Shown in pieces: positions 46,066-55,005 of a stretch of DNA of 62,126 bases (the stretch's first letter is position 1; each line of letters opens with the position of its first letter). Under the pieces are notes generated by a model. It was not told where the DNA came from, ran no database searches, and saw nothing but the letters and a program-made list of their open reading frames with translations. Source of the stretch: a virus (Duplodnaviria > Caudoviricetes). The DNA lies in IMG/VR virus record IMGVR_UViG_3300012940_000027, positions 1 through 62,126 of that record; one strand, 5' to 3'. Made by a program: the position numbers and the translations under genes.

Positions 46066-46346
46066 CGGGCCACCTCCTTTGCCTGCTTGATCGTGGCGAC
46101 GAGACGGCCGGCCAGCAGTTCCGCCGCCTCGGTGGTCAGCGGGAACGTGAACAGCTCGCAATTGTCGGGGACCACGCAGAGCTGTACGTAGCCGTTTTCG
46201 AGGGCCAGGCCCACCTGGGTCACCTCGAAGTCGCCGGGATCGACCACCCAGGTCATCTCGGGAAACGGATCGAAGGGTTGCGGCCCCTTGACGGTGGCGC
46301 CGCTTACCGGCGGCCGGCGGCCGCGCTCGATCTGATGAACGTTCAT
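46062..46346 (-). CDS. Hypothetical protein
   Basis: Tiles in operon. Confidence 0.55.
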   Translation of the reverse strand: MNVHQIERGRRPPVSGATVKGPQPFDPFPEMTWVVDPGDFEVTQVGLALENGYVQLCVVPDNCELFTFPLTTEAAELLAGRLVATIKQAKEVAR

Positions 46347-46357
46347 CGTGATTGCTC

Positions 46358-46891
46358 TTACCTCATGCGCGGGTCCGGCACCGCGGCGATCCGCCGGGCC
46401 GGCTCCTGCTCTACCCAGCCCGGTTCGGGCTGCTGCGACGGACTGCCGGTGCTGCTTGGCCCGCCGATGCGGTTGCGTCCGAACGCCGCCCACCGCTCGC
46501 GCTCCGCCAGCTCGATCGAGCGCATCGGCTCCGGCATAGCCGGGTCCATCGGCAGAGCGCCGTAGTGATCCATCCGGTACAACGTGTCGGTCGGCCAGTG
46601 GAGCATGATGGCGACGGCGGCGTAAGCGATCGTGGCGCTCCACTCGTAGGAGACCAGCCCCAGGTACACGGCATCGAAGTCGGTCCACCCGGCGCGGTGC
46701 TGGAGCAGCGATACAGGGGTGGCGATCACCGGCTCCGGGCGGACGTGATAGCCGGCCGCGACGAGCTGGCGCGACACGTCCTCGATCATGCGCACCACAG
46801 CCGGGCGATGGACGAGGCAGAGCTCGGTAGCCTGTTCGGGGGTCAACAGCTCGCCGCGATTCGGGAGATAGGTGGCTCGGATGTCGGTCAT
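46358..46891 (-). CDS. Hypothetical protein downstream of SOS box
   Basis: GAGG RBS; TATACT -10 at 46939-46944. Confidence 0.6.
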   Translation of the reverse strand: MTDIRATYLPNRGELLTPEQATELCLVHRPAVVRMIEDVSRQLVAAGYHVRPEPVIATPVSLLQHRAGWTDFDAVYLGLVSYEWSATIAYAAVAIMLHWPTDTLYRMDHYGALPMDPAMPEPMRSIELAERERWAAFGRNRIGGPSSTGSPSQQPEPGWVEQEPARRIAAVPDPRMR

Positions 46892-46943
46892 TGCTGGGCC
46901 TCGCAGAGATGTTTCGGTGCCGTTCTTCAACCAGCGCCAGTAT

Positions 46944-46957
46944 AGAACTGATGTTCT
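46944..46957. promoter_or_regulatory. Putative LexA (SOS) box AGAAC-TGAT-GTTCT
   Basis: GAAC-N4-GTTC abutting a minus-strand TATACT. Confidence 0.65.
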
Positions 46958-47235
46958 TATCCATCGCCCGGCGCGTCCAGGGTGGCCGTCACCGCGGCCA
47001 GGCGCTTCAGGTCGTCGAGGGTGATGCGGGCACTGAGGTACGAGCCGTCGAATTCCTCCATGTCGGTCCAGCTCAGATAGAGGTTGCCGTTCTTGGTGCG
47101 GGCGAGGTGGCAGAAGTCGCCGGTATCGCCATTGACATCCGACTCCCAGAGGCGTTCGGCCTCCTCGGAGCCGACGCCGATTTCGTCGAGGAAGTGCTTG
47201 ACGTAGACGGGTTTCAACCCAGGTTCAGCGCACAC
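46957..47235 (-). CDS. Hypothetical protein
   Basis: Acidic ORF tiling in operon. Confidence 0.5.
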   Translation of the reverse strand: MCAEPGLKPVYVKHFLDEIGVGSEEAERLWESDVNGDTGDFCHLARTKNGNLYLSWTDMEEFDGSYLSARITLDDLKRLAAVTATLDAPGDG

Positions 47236-47567
47236 AGGTCCACTCCGGTTCCATTGCAAAAGAGACATTCCTCGCTGGCGCTGGCGATGACGGTGCCCTC
47301 CTCGCTGATCAGCTCGTGGGTCTGCCGCCCGGAACCTCCGCAGAAGGAGCAGGCGGACTGGCGCAGAATCGCGGCGATGCCGGCTTCGAGCGCGGCCCGA
47401 ATTGATTTCATCGCCCGCTCGCACTTGCCGTCGTATTCCGGCCGCTCGTCCCACATCCACGAGATCGGGAAGTAGTAGGACGAGGCCGCGTCGGAGCCGG
47501 CGCGGGCCGCCAGTTCCACGATCTCGTCAGTCACCAGGTCGCGTGCGACCAGCTCGGGAATCGTCAT
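47214..47567 (-). CDS. Protein with DnaJ-type CxxCxGxG zinc repeats
   Basis: CSFCGGSG and CLFCNGTG. Confidence 0.6.
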   Translation of the reverse strand: MTIPELVARDLVTDEIVELAARAGSDAASSYYFPISWMWDERPEYDGKCERAMKSIRAALEAGIAAILRQSACSFCGGSGRQTHELISEEGTVIASASEECLFCNGTGVDLCALNLG

Positions 47568-47750
47568 CGTCCACCCTGATGTCGGGAAACAGGCCGAGCA
47601 GCTCGTGAAGCCGCTCGCTGTTCCAGGCTTGGTGCCAGTGCCCGCAGGCCGGGCACTCGTAGGCGAGGTAGCCGGGCCGCCGTTCGGCCCGGTCGTGATA
47701 GCGGGGCAATCCGCAGAGCGCCCACCGGGCGGTGGCGCGGTCGGGTGTGG

Positions 47751-48077
47751 TCAGTCTCCCTCCTCCTGCCAGCGTTCCTTCATGCGGTGAAGGGCGGCGA
47801 CGACCATTGCCTCGGCCTGCGAATCGCCGATCGGACTCCAGCGCTGGCGGGTGGCCTGGGCCAGGGCCGACTGTGCGGCGCCGACGGCGTGGGCGTCGGG
47901 CACCAGAGCTTCGAAGACGGTGGCGAGCGCGGCGTCGGCGTCCAGCTCGATCTCCTCGATCAGCCCGGACCAACTGCGGTGCCGGCGGGCTTGGTCGAGG
48001 GGCATGTTTCCGATAGAGCCGTTCTTCTGGCGCTCCTCCCAGATGCGGCGGATCACGGCGTCGCGGATGTTCTTCAT
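47751..48077 (-). CDS. Hypothetical protein
   Basis: SAS-like GGAGGGCGACC before ATG. Confidence 0.6.
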   Translation of the reverse strand: MKNIRDAVIRRIWEERQKNGSIGNMPLDQARRHRSWSGLIEEIELDADAALATVFEALVPDAHAVGAAQSALAQATRQRWSPIGDSQAEAMVVAALHRMKERWQEEGD

Positions 48078-48089
48078 GGTCGCCCTCCC

Positions 48090-48464
48090 CTACTGCTCGT
48101 TCATTTGCTGAAAGGCGATGGACTCGGCCTCCGCTTCAGCTTCGTCCTGCGCGGCCCACTCGGCCTCGTGGCGGGCGCGGGTCTCGTAGTGCGCCTCGCC
48201 GACGATCGGGGCGCGGCGGGCGCGGGCCGGTTCCTCGCCGGCCCCAATGGCGCTGCGGATGCTCCACGCCTCATCGAGGCCGAGCTTCCACCGGGTCGGA
48301 GCCTCACCCTCGTCGCCGGGTTCGAACACGTACTCGACGATGATGTCGGCGTCCTGCTCGACGGCGAGGCGGGCGGCGACTTCCTCCTCGCTGCTGCCGC
48401 CATAGGCTGCGCCCTCGCTCTCCAGAATCTGGCCGGTGTACTCGTTGCGGTAATGGCGGATCAT
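48090..48464 (-). CDS. Hypothetical acidic protein
   Basis: SAS 48467-48477; promoter 48519-48547. Confidence 0.7.
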   Translation of the reverse strand: MIRHYRNEYTGQILESEGAAYGGSSEEEVAARLAVEQDADIIVEYVFEPGDEGEAPTRWKLGLDEAWSIRSAIGAGEEPARARRAPIVGEAHYETRARHEAEWAAQDEAEAEAESIAFQQMNEQ

Positions 48465-48518
48465 GGTGGTCGTCTCCTCGTCGCGCCGGCCGGTTTCCTG
48501 TCCGGCCATCGTAGCCAT

Positions 48519-48547
48519 ATTATATCCAAAAAGTTGCCAATGTGCAA
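48519..48547 (-). promoter_or_regulatory. sigma70-type promoter TTGCAC-17-TATAAT with operator
   Basis: Operator 48533-48548. Confidence 0.85.
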
Positions 48548-48549
48548 CT

Positions 48550-49050
48550 CTATTGTGGGCCGATCGGCACGGTCGGGAAGTGGCGGTTGAGGAGGTCGAG
48601 GACCGGGTGAAGCTCGATGTGCGGACGCTGCACGTCGAGGGTGAACGAGTGGGTGTCAACGTACAGGTGGCAGGCCGGCTTCTCTCCGCGGCCGGGGATG
48701 ACAGCGGCGAGGCTGATCGGGGTTTCGAGCGTGATCCGCCAGCGATCGAGGCGGGCGCCGTCGGCCCGCTGGGTGATGAGCGTGCGCAGCTCGTTGCGCA
48801 GCTCCAGGCAGGTGTCCTTGCCGCGCATCGGCCGGCCCTGGCCGGTGGCGATCTCGGTCACCTCGTCGACGGCATCGATCGCCGCGTCGGCCAGGGCAAG
48901 GAATTCCGCCTGCTCCTCATCCCAGAGGGAGTCCCACGATTTCAGCTCGCCGTTGCCGTCCTGATCCAGCTCGACGTACTCGGCTGGGCGCATGTGCTCA
49001 TACAGCCGCTGGGCCACGCCGTACACCTGACGCTCATAGGTGAGATTCAT
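48550..49050 (-). CDS. Hypothetical protein
   Basis: Coupled to upstream stop. Confidence 0.6.
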   Translation of the reverse strand: MNLTYERQVYGVAQRLYEHMRPAEYVELDQDGNGELKSWDSLWDEEQAEFLALADAAIDAVDEVTEIATGQGRPMRGKDTCLELRNELRTLITQRADGARLDRWRITLETPISLAAVIPGRGEKPACHLYVDTHSFTLDVQRPHIELHPVLDLLNRHFPTVPIGPQ

Positions 49051-49454
49051 TCAGCCAGCTCCGTGAGGGCGAGCACGGCGTAGCCGGCCAGGTCGAGCCA
49101 GGTATCGTCGATCGCCTCGTGCTTCGGCTGCTGCTGGTTGAGCATCAGGTTGCGGAGCCGGTGGTACTTGTCGCCAGCGCGGACCAGGATGCCGGTCAGC
49201 CCGAAGTCGCGGATCGGGTCGGTGCCGTAGTCGGCCCGCTTGGAGAGCAGCGTCTCGCGCAGCCGGCCGAGCGCGGCGTCGAGCTTTGCCTCGAACTCCG
49301 GATCGGCGACGATGCGTACCTCCACGCCCTGGGCCTTCAGCGCCTCGATGGCGGCGCGGCTGAGCGGGCGGGACGGATCGAAATGGGCGGCGCCGATGCC
49401 CGCGACGCCGGTGTCGTACAGCTCGTGCTGAATCACTCCCCTACTCCTCTTCAC
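49047..49454 (-). CDS. DUF1599 / nucleotide-modification-associated domain 1 (MazG-like) protein
   Basis: SKRADYG..GILVR..DK..RL..E.I.DT..DLAGYA. Confidence 0.8.
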   Translation of the reverse strand: MKRSRGVIQHELYDTGVAGIGAAHFDPSRPLSRAAIEALKAQGVEVRIVADPEFEAKLDAALGRLRETLLSKRADYGTDPIRDFGLTGILVRAGDKYHRLRNLMLNQQQPKHEAIDDTWLDLAGYAVLALTELAE

Positions 49455-49638
49455 GGCGGACGAACAGCCATTGCGGACTGTCGTAATCCATCACGACGGC
49501 GACGACCGCCGCCTCATTGCTCTCCAGCATCAGCTTGCCGGCTGCCCGACGCAGTGCCTCCGATCGGTTGTCGCCGGTTCCCTCGTGGGCGGCGATCTCG
49601 TTGTTGTCCTTGTCGAGCAGGAAGATGGCGTAGCTCAT
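49441..49638 (-). CDS. Small hypothetical protein
   Basis: GGAGG RBS. Confidence 0.55.
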   Translation of the reverse strand: MSYAIFLLDKDNNEIAAHEGTGDNRSEALRRAAGKLMLESNEAAVVAVVMDYDSPQWLFVRREEE

Positions 49639-50030
49639 CGCGCCGCCTCCGCCACCGGGATGTAGCGCTTGGCGTCGCAGCGCGGACAGACCTTCACCGC
49701 GACCTGGATGCGGGTGCCGTTACTCCGCGGTTCGTTGGCGTAGATCGGCCCGAGGTGCCCCTCGCCGTTGCACTCCGGGCAGGCGACGTGCGTTCCGGCC
49801 GATCGGGCGGAGATCAGGGCGAGCAGCTTGGTCCGATCCTCGCGGCCTTTCGTCACCCGCATAAACATCGCTGCTCCGAAGTCATCCACCGCCGTAGCTA
49901 TTTCCGCGTCCGTGCAGGCGGCAAGCTCGGCGATGGCGGCGCTGGCGAACACCTCGAAGGGCGTGTGCTCGCCGTGCTCGACGTGCGTCTCACTGAGCCG
50001 CTGCGCCAGGCGCTCGATCAGGTCATTCAC
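49635..50030 (-). CDS. Protein with CxxCxGxG zinc motifs
   Basis: CPECNGEG, CPRC. Confidence 0.55.
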   Translation of the reverse strand: MNDLIERLAQRLSETHVEHGEHTPFEVFASAAIAELAACTDAEIATAVDDFGAAMFMRVTKGREDRTKLLALISARSAGTHVACPECNGEGHLGPIYANEPRSNGTRIQVAVKVCPRCDAKRYIPVAEAAR

Positions 50031-50335
50031 TCGCTCACCTCGGCCGGTTGGGAGGAGGCTAACCGGGCCTGCTCGCACAGCTCTGGATAGGAGGCGATGA
50101 ACGCCTGGGCGATCGCCTCGCCGGCGTTGATCGTTGCCACGAATCCGTGGTTCGGGTCGTCCGTGCCGGCGAAGGCGTAGAAGATGCCCGGCGCGGCGAC
50201 ATTGCTGTTAATACGGGTGATCGAGGTGCGCTCGTCGTTGATCTCGGCCCACTCCTGGTGAAAGCCGGGGACGGTCCATTTCCCGTCGTAGCCGTGCATG
50301 TCCACATCGACTTCGACGGTCAGTTTCAGTTTCAT
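50027..50335 (-). CDS. Hypothetical protein
   Basis: SAS variant GGAGCGACCA. Confidence 0.6.
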   Translation of the reverse strand: MKLKLTVEVDVDMHGYDGKWTVPGFHQEWAEINDERTSITRINSNVAAPGIFYAFAGTDDPNHGFVATINAGEAIAQAFIASYPELCEQARLASSQPAEVSE

Positions 50336-50345
50336 TGGTCGCTCC

Positions 50346-50573
50346 TTACGTGGCTGGGGTCAGGGTGGCGTACTCGTCGCAAATGAATTCGTCGCGGTAG
50401 TAGCCAATCTGCGGAATGACCGACGTGACTTTGCCGGTCGAGACGATCAGCGGCGGCGGTTGATACCAGCGCGGCTCCGTGTGGCCGGAAACGCAGACGA
50501 GATTGCTCTCCCCGTCATTGCAGCCGGCAAGCAGCGGAGCCAGAATCAGCGAGACGATTAGGATGCGCTTCAT
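50346..50573 (-). CDS. Small lipoprotein
   Basis: MKRILIVSLILAPLLAGC lipobox. Confidence 0.7.
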   Translation of the reverse strand: MKRILIVSLILAPLLAGCNDGESNLVCVSGHTEPRWYQPPPLIVSTGKVTSVIPQIGYYRDEFICDEYATLTPAT

Positions 50574-50956
50574 ACCGGAGCGAGCTGTTCAGTCATGATC
50601 TTGGACAGCTCGTTGACGATCTCGACGGCGGGCGTGCCGCGGTAGCGGGCCGCATCCCAGGACGTGATGACCTCGCGGATCGCCAGCTTCTCCAGCTCGG
50701 TCAGGTTGCGATCGAGCACGCCCGCAGCGTCCTTGCAGGCGATCTCCCAGCCCGGCATGTAGGCGGCGTAGGCGGTCGGGTTGTTCCGCTGACGGGCGGC
50801 GATGTTGCAGGCGCCGACGATGCAGGCGGCGACGCCGAACTCGACGCGGATATATCCGGTGATCGCCACGCCGAGAGCGAGCACGTCGCCGGCCACCTCC
50901 GGGCCGTAGATGTCGCGCAGTCGCGGGAGCGGTTCAATGGGAATCGGCGAGGTCAT
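50570..50956 (-). CDS. Hypothetical protein
   Basis: SAS variant at ~50960-50970. Confidence 0.6.
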   Translation of the reverse strand: MTSPIPIEPLPRLRDIYGPEVAGDVLALGVAITGYIRVEFGVAACIVGACNIAARQRNNPTAYAAYMPGWEIACKDAAGVLDRNLTELEKLAIREVITSWDAARYRGTPAVEIVNELSKIMTEQLAPV

Positions 50957-51043
50957 CGGTCATCGTCTCCTCGTGGGCTACCGGCCGGGTTAGGTGCTGT
51001 CCGGTAGCCGCGTCATGTCCATATCGTTGCCTTCTGGCAACCG

Positions 51044-51592
51044 CTAGAGATCGTCGGGCCAGGCCGACGGTTCGATGCCGGGGCAGAGCCGCTGGAGCCG
51101 ATCGGTCTCGTCGTTCAGCTCGGCGTTGATCTCTTCCAGCGCGTCGAGGTACATGAGGCCAGCGGCGAACTTGCCGGCCACCGCCCACTCCCCGAAGAAG
51201 GCGGCGCGAACCTTCATCGATTCGATCCAGGACGTATGCAGCGATTCAGCAACAGCCGGCGGGTCGATCTCTTCCAGCGCCTCGGCAGCGGATTCAAAGG
51301 CAGCGGCGTACTCCTCGGCATCGCGGCGGGTGAGCAGATTCAGCGTGCGATCGCTCATTGCGTCGGGATCGGCGAAGAGAAACTTTGCCTCGCTGTCGTT
51401 GATCGCGGTGACGAACTCGTAGGCGTAGTCGGCGAAGTCGGCGCAGGCCGCGCTCCAGGTGGCGGTTGGGGTCGGGGTGCTCCGCGGCGTCGGGGTCGGC
51501 GTCCGGGCAATGGCCGGGATCGCCAGCGTGGCAATGAGGCAGAGCACGCCCAGGACGGTGAGCACGCGGCGAATGTGACGGGTAGCGGACAT
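51044..51592 (-). CDS. Secreted/membrane-anchored helical protein with PT-rich linker
   Basis: Signal peptide, TPTPTP linker; SAS variant. Confidence 0.65.
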   Translation of the reverse strand: MSATRHIRRVLTVLGVLCLIATLAIPAIARTPTPTPRSTPTPTATWSAACADFADYAYEFVTAINDSEAKFLFADPDAMSDRTLNLLTRRDAEEYAAAFESAAEALEEIDPPAVAESLHTSWIESMKVRAAFFGEWAVAGKFAAGLMYLDALEEINAELNDETDRLQRLCPGIEPSAWPDDL

Positions 51593-51639
51593 TGGGGTCG
51601 TCTCCTTGGGTGGTCGGGCGGGACAGTCCCGCCCGGCGG

Positions 51640-52125
51640 TTACTCGTAGCTCGGCCGGGATTCTGCCATGAGGGTGACCGTTCTCGGCACCTGCGTCTTC
51701 GTGGTGAAGCCGAGACCCAGGCGGCGCAACGAGGCGTGCTCCTTGTGGCCGATGACCACATGGTCGAGCACCGATATGTCGAGGATGTCGCCGGCCTTCA
51801 CCAGTTCCTCGGTGACCGACACGTCACCGCTGGACGGCGTGGCATCACCGGAGGGGTGATTGTGGGCGACGATAATCGCCGTCGCGTTGAGCGCCATCGC
51901 CTCGCGGAACACCTCGGCGACGCGGATCGGAATCTGGCTAGCCGTTCCCTGATAGAGCATGCGGGTGCTCAACAGGCGGTTCTTGCCGTCGAGGGTGGCG
52001 ACGTGCAGCTCCTCGTGGTCGAGGCCGTCGAGGTGGGCGAACAGCGCCGCGATGTCCTGGGGGCTGTTGATCTTTGCCCGGCTGCGCGGTGCGATCTGGC
52101 GCGGATTCAGGGTGGTCGTCTCCAT
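51640..52125 (-). CDS. RadC-like JAB domain protein
   Basis: E..LD.KNRL, HNHPSGD..PS..D, LDH.VIG. Confidence 0.9.
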   Translation of the reverse strand: METTTLNPRQIAPRSRAKINSPQDIAALFAHLDGLDHEELHVATLDGKNRLLSTRMLYQGTASQIPIRVAEVFREAMALNATAIIVAHNHPSGDATPSSGDVSVTEELVKAGDILDISVLDHVVIGHKEHASLRRLGLGFTTKTQVPRTVTLMAESRPSYE

Positions 52126-52131
52126 ATCCGG

Positions 52132-52623
52132 TTAGCTCCTTGGCCCGGCGGCCAGCGTCGCCTTGATGGCGTGCAGGCGGGCGATCATCGCGTCGATGAA
52201 CGCGGCGTCGATGACGAGGGTGTCGTAATCGAGCTCGTCCCGCTCCTCGTCGGTCATGTCGTCGTGGACGTGTTCGGACGCCTGCTCGAAGAAGAGCTGC
52301 TGGCGGCCGTTCTCGTGCAGCCGGGTGAAGACCTCGATCGGTCCGTAGGAGGTCGCCGTCGTGATGGTGTGCTCGGGAAATGCGGCGTCGCCGAATCGCG
52401 CAGTGATCGACAGGTCGGCATTGCGGGTGGCAACGTCAGCCAGGATCGCCTCGGCCAGGTCGATGGCGAACTCTTCGTTCACCGTGACGAAGTGAACCTC
52501 CAACGAGTCACGGCGCTTGGCCTGGGAGAGCGAGATCGATTTGGTGGTGGGATCGCGGTGCATCGCCACCGGCGGAAGGCCCTGCCCGGCGTCGATGAGC
52601 CGGACATGCTGGGGTTCGGTCAC
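52132..52623 (-). CDS. Hypothetical protein
   Basis: SAS 52624-52634 before GTG. Confidence 0.65.
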   Translation of the reverse strand: MTEPQHVRLIDAGQGLPPVAMHRDPTTKSISLSQAKRRDSLEVHFVTVNEEFAIDLAEAILADVATRNADLSITARFGDAAFPEHTITTATSYGPIEVFTRLHENGRQQLFFEQASEHVHDDMTDEERDELDYDTLVIDAAFIDAMIARLHAIKATLAAGPRS

Positions 52624-52865
52624 TGGTCGTCTCCTTGCTGGGCGTCTGCTTCGAGGGCCAGCTCCTCGACGTAATGCTTGTAGGCCGCATCGACGGCGCT
52701 GCCGAAATTGAGTTGGTGGTGCGTGCAGTAGTGCAGAAGGTCGGAAAGCAAATCGATCAGGATGGTCTCGTTGTCTTCGTCGGGGGCGCCGACCGCCTCG
52801 CGGTAAGTGGTCATCGCCCGCTCGGCGAACGAGGCGCGAAGCGAATTGGTGAGGTTGGTCGGCAT
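52620..52865 (-). CDS. Small MazG-like helical protein
   Basis: IDLLSDLLH.....NF...DAA..HY.EE; SAS variant. Confidence 0.6.
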   Translation of the reverse strand: MPTNLTNSLRASFAERAMTTYREAVGAPDEDNETILIDLLSDLLHYCTHHQLNFGSAVDAAYKHYVEELALEADAQQGDDQ

Positions 52866-52925
52866 CCGGTCGTCTCCTTTTCGGCACCGGAGATGCCTCC
52901 CCGGTGCCGAATCGTAGCTCTCTGG

Positions 52926-53165
52926 CTACTCCATGTAGAGCGAATCGAGGCGGACGAGCAGGGTCTCGATGTCCTGCATCACGCCTTGGGCGAGCGAGGG
53001 GGCGCTGTACTCCTCCTCTGCGTACAGCTCCATCAGGGAGGCGACTTCCACCTGGATGTCGCCGGCCTCCTCGGCGTCTGCGAACCGGTGCGGGTCCACG
53101 CCCAGGAGGGTGACCAAGCGGTCGAATTCTGCCTGATGCATCGGAACAAAATTCTTCTGGGTCAT
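52926..53165 (-). CDS. Small acidic hypothetical protein
   Basis: SAS variant 53168-53178; promoter 53222-53250. Confidence 0.65.
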   Translation of the reverse strand: MTQKNFVPMHQAEFDRLVTLLGVDPHRFADAEEAGDIQVEVASLMELYAEEEYSAPSLAQGVMQDIETLLVRLDSLYME

Positions 53166-53221
53166 TGTGGTCGCCTCCGGTTCGCGCTCGGGCCGGGCCA
53201 GTTCCCGTCCATTGTAGCCCT

Positions 53222-53250
53222 ATTATACACAAATCGTTGCCATCATGCAA
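53222..53250 (-). promoter_or_regulatory. sigma70-type promoter TTGCAT-17-TATAAT with operator
   Basis: Operator 53236-53251. Confidence 0.85.
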
Positions 53251-53254
53251 CTCT

Positions 53255-53872
53255 TTAGGCGATCAATCGCTCGATCGTCTCGATGGCGCGGATCGCGTCA
53301 TCCAGCTCCGATTCACGCACGGCCAGCAGCTCGATCTCCTCATTGAGCCGGGCCAGCTCGGCGTCGAGGCGCTCGCGCTCCTGGGCGACTTCGGCCCGTT
53401 CGGCGTCCACTTTTTCACGGGCCAGGGCGAGCCGGTCGTGCTCATCCGTTATGCGTGCGAGCTTGACCTCACGGACGCCGGGCTGCCCTGTCAGCTCAGT
53501 GCTGGCGGCCGGATCATCAGCCGCCCACGGGTATTCGACGATTCCCGGAACATCTGCCACCGTAACGTCCTCCTCATCGTGGGCAGGGATCACCACCGGA
53601 TCGTCCGGCGGATCAGCCACCGGCGTCGGGTGAATCGCGGCCGAGACCGGAAAGCGGGCGTGCTTCTGGGCGGCCATGCGGTTCACATCCTCCATGCAGA
53701 CGAGGGTGCGGCCGCCGCGATTCTTGTGGCGAACTTCGTTGCGCTTCACGTAGTTGTAGACCGTTTGCGGGCTGACCAGCGCAAAGTGGGCGGCATTCGC
53801 CACCGGGAGCCAGTCGGCGCTCGGGTCCGCCTCGCCATTCCGCTTGCGCGTGTTGCCAACGGCGCTCGGCAT
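53255..53872 (-). CDS. HTH_17-like DNA-binding protein with C-terminal coiled coil
   Basis: WLPVANAAHFALVSPQTVYNYV; heptad tail; SAS. Confidence 0.7.
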   Translation of the reverse strand: MPSAVGNTRKRNGEADPSADWLPVANAAHFALVSPQTVYNYVKRNEVRHKNRGGRTLVCMEDVNRMAAQKHARFPVSAAIHPTPVADPPDDPVVIPAHDEEDVTVADVPGIVEYPWAADDPAASTELTGQPGVREVKLARITDEHDRLALAREKVDAERAEVAQERERLDAELARLNEEIELLAVRESELDDAIRAIETIERLIA

Positions 53873-53930
53873 CTGGTCGTCTCCTTGGCGTGGGCGCCGG
53901 GGATCAGCCCGGCGCCGGCGGATCAGCGGG

Positions 53931-54134
53931 CTACTCGCCGTCTTCGAGGTAGGTGTAGCGGCGGGCCTGGCCGAGCAACTGGTCGAAGTCGATGTCGTAG
54001 CCGTCGGCCAGGCGGATCAGATCGGCCAGGATGTCGGTCATCGGCTTCTTCACGCCCTCGCCATCGATCTGGTCAATCAGGTCGGCGGTCAGCGGGCTGG
54101 CCCATCCCATCTTGATCGTCGTGGCATCGGTCAT
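53931..54134 (-). CDS. Small protein, paralog of 52620-52865
   Basis: TDILADLIRLADGYDIDFDQLL.QARR..YLED; SAS 54137-54147. Confidence 0.6.
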   Translation of the reverse strand: MTDATTIKMGWASPLTADLIDQIDGEGVKKPMTDILADLIRLADGYDIDFDQLLGQARRYTYLEDGE

Positions 54135-54190
54135 TGTGGTCGTCTCCTCTGCGCTTCGGACCGGAGCAGCTCTCCGATCACTGTAGCCTC

Positions 54191-54219
54191 AGTATACACA
54201 AATAGTTGCCTATGTGCAA
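54191..54219 (-). promoter_or_regulatory. sigma70-type promoter TTGCAC-17-TATACT with operator
   Basis: Operator 54205-54220. Confidence 0.85.
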
Positions 54220-54221
54220 CC

Positions 54222-54710
54222 CTACGACGCAGCGACGAGATGGGTGTGCGGCGTGTGCCCCTTGCTCCAGGCCACCTTCAGGCGACCGCGGGCGATCTCT
54301 TCCAGCAGGGCGTTGATGCTGCCCCGGCCGGCAGCCTGGCCGGACGGAATGCGGATGCCGAGGTTCTCGGCCAGCCCGACGAGCGTCTCGTGGTCCCGCG
54401 ATTCAAGGCGAACCTGGATGCGGTCTCGCGGGTCGGCGCGGCGACCACGGCGCACGCTCGGGCCGAGCACCTTGCTCACGTACTGGTGCGAGGTGCCGAA
54501 GTGCTCCGCGATCTCGATGTTGGTCATCCCCTGCTCGCGCATGGCGACCATCTTGGCGAAGCGACCATCCTTGTCGTCGGTTTCTGGCAGCCACGAGTAC
54601 ACGGTCACTCGCGGGATGCCGAGTTCATTGGCAATCTGCGGGATGCTGAGTCCTTTCTTGCGCAAGGCCAGCGCCTTGGTGCGCAGTTCTTTGAGGTCAG
54701 GGTTCGTCAA
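54222..54710 (-). CDS. Tandem-HTH + ribbon-helix-helix-like DNA-binding protein
   Basis: GLSIPQIANELGIPRVTVYSWL; GMTNIEIAEHFGTSHQYVSKVL; RIQVRL...SINALLEEIA; AAGGAG RBS, TTG. Confidence 0.7.
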   Translation of the reverse strand: MTNPDLKELRTKALALRKKGLSIPQIANELGIPRVTVYSWLPETDDKDGRFAKMVAMREQGMTNIEIAEHFGTSHQYVSKVLGPSVRRGRRADPRDRIQVRLESRDHETLVGLAENLGIRIPSGQAAGRGSINALLEEIARGRLKVAWSKGHTPHTHLVAAS

Positions 54711-54723
54711 CGTTCGTGCTCCT

Positions 54724-54990
54724 TTACGTGGTCGTCTCGGCGGACCGCTCGGCCCGCCACGGTTCCGGTTGATGCGCCAGGGTCTCGTCGGTGTCGAGGC
54801 GGGCGAGCAGCTCGTCGATCCAGGCTCGCATGCGTCCGAGGTTGTGCCGCCGGGCATCGATCGGGAGGGCGACATCGGTCGCCTCCCCCAGCGCGGCATC
54901 CTGCGCCGCCCGCAGCCGCTTGACTGTTTGCGGGCGTTCGGCGGCGAAGGCATCGACATCGAAGAGGGGCGCCGGGTTGTAGCGCGGCAT
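54724..54990 (-). CDS. Hypothetical protein
   Basis: SAS 54992-55002. Confidence 0.6.
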   Translation of the reverse strand: MPRYNPAPLFDVDAFAAERPQTVKRLRAAQDAALGEATDVALPIDARRHNLGRMRAWIDELLARLDTDETLAHQPEPWRAERSAETTT

Positions 54991-55005
54991 CTGGTCGTCT
55001 CCTCA

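Noticed and set aside
47527-47754. Small CPACG zinc-ribbon ORF
   Set aside because: Plausible but only a CTG start is available; not enough support to call
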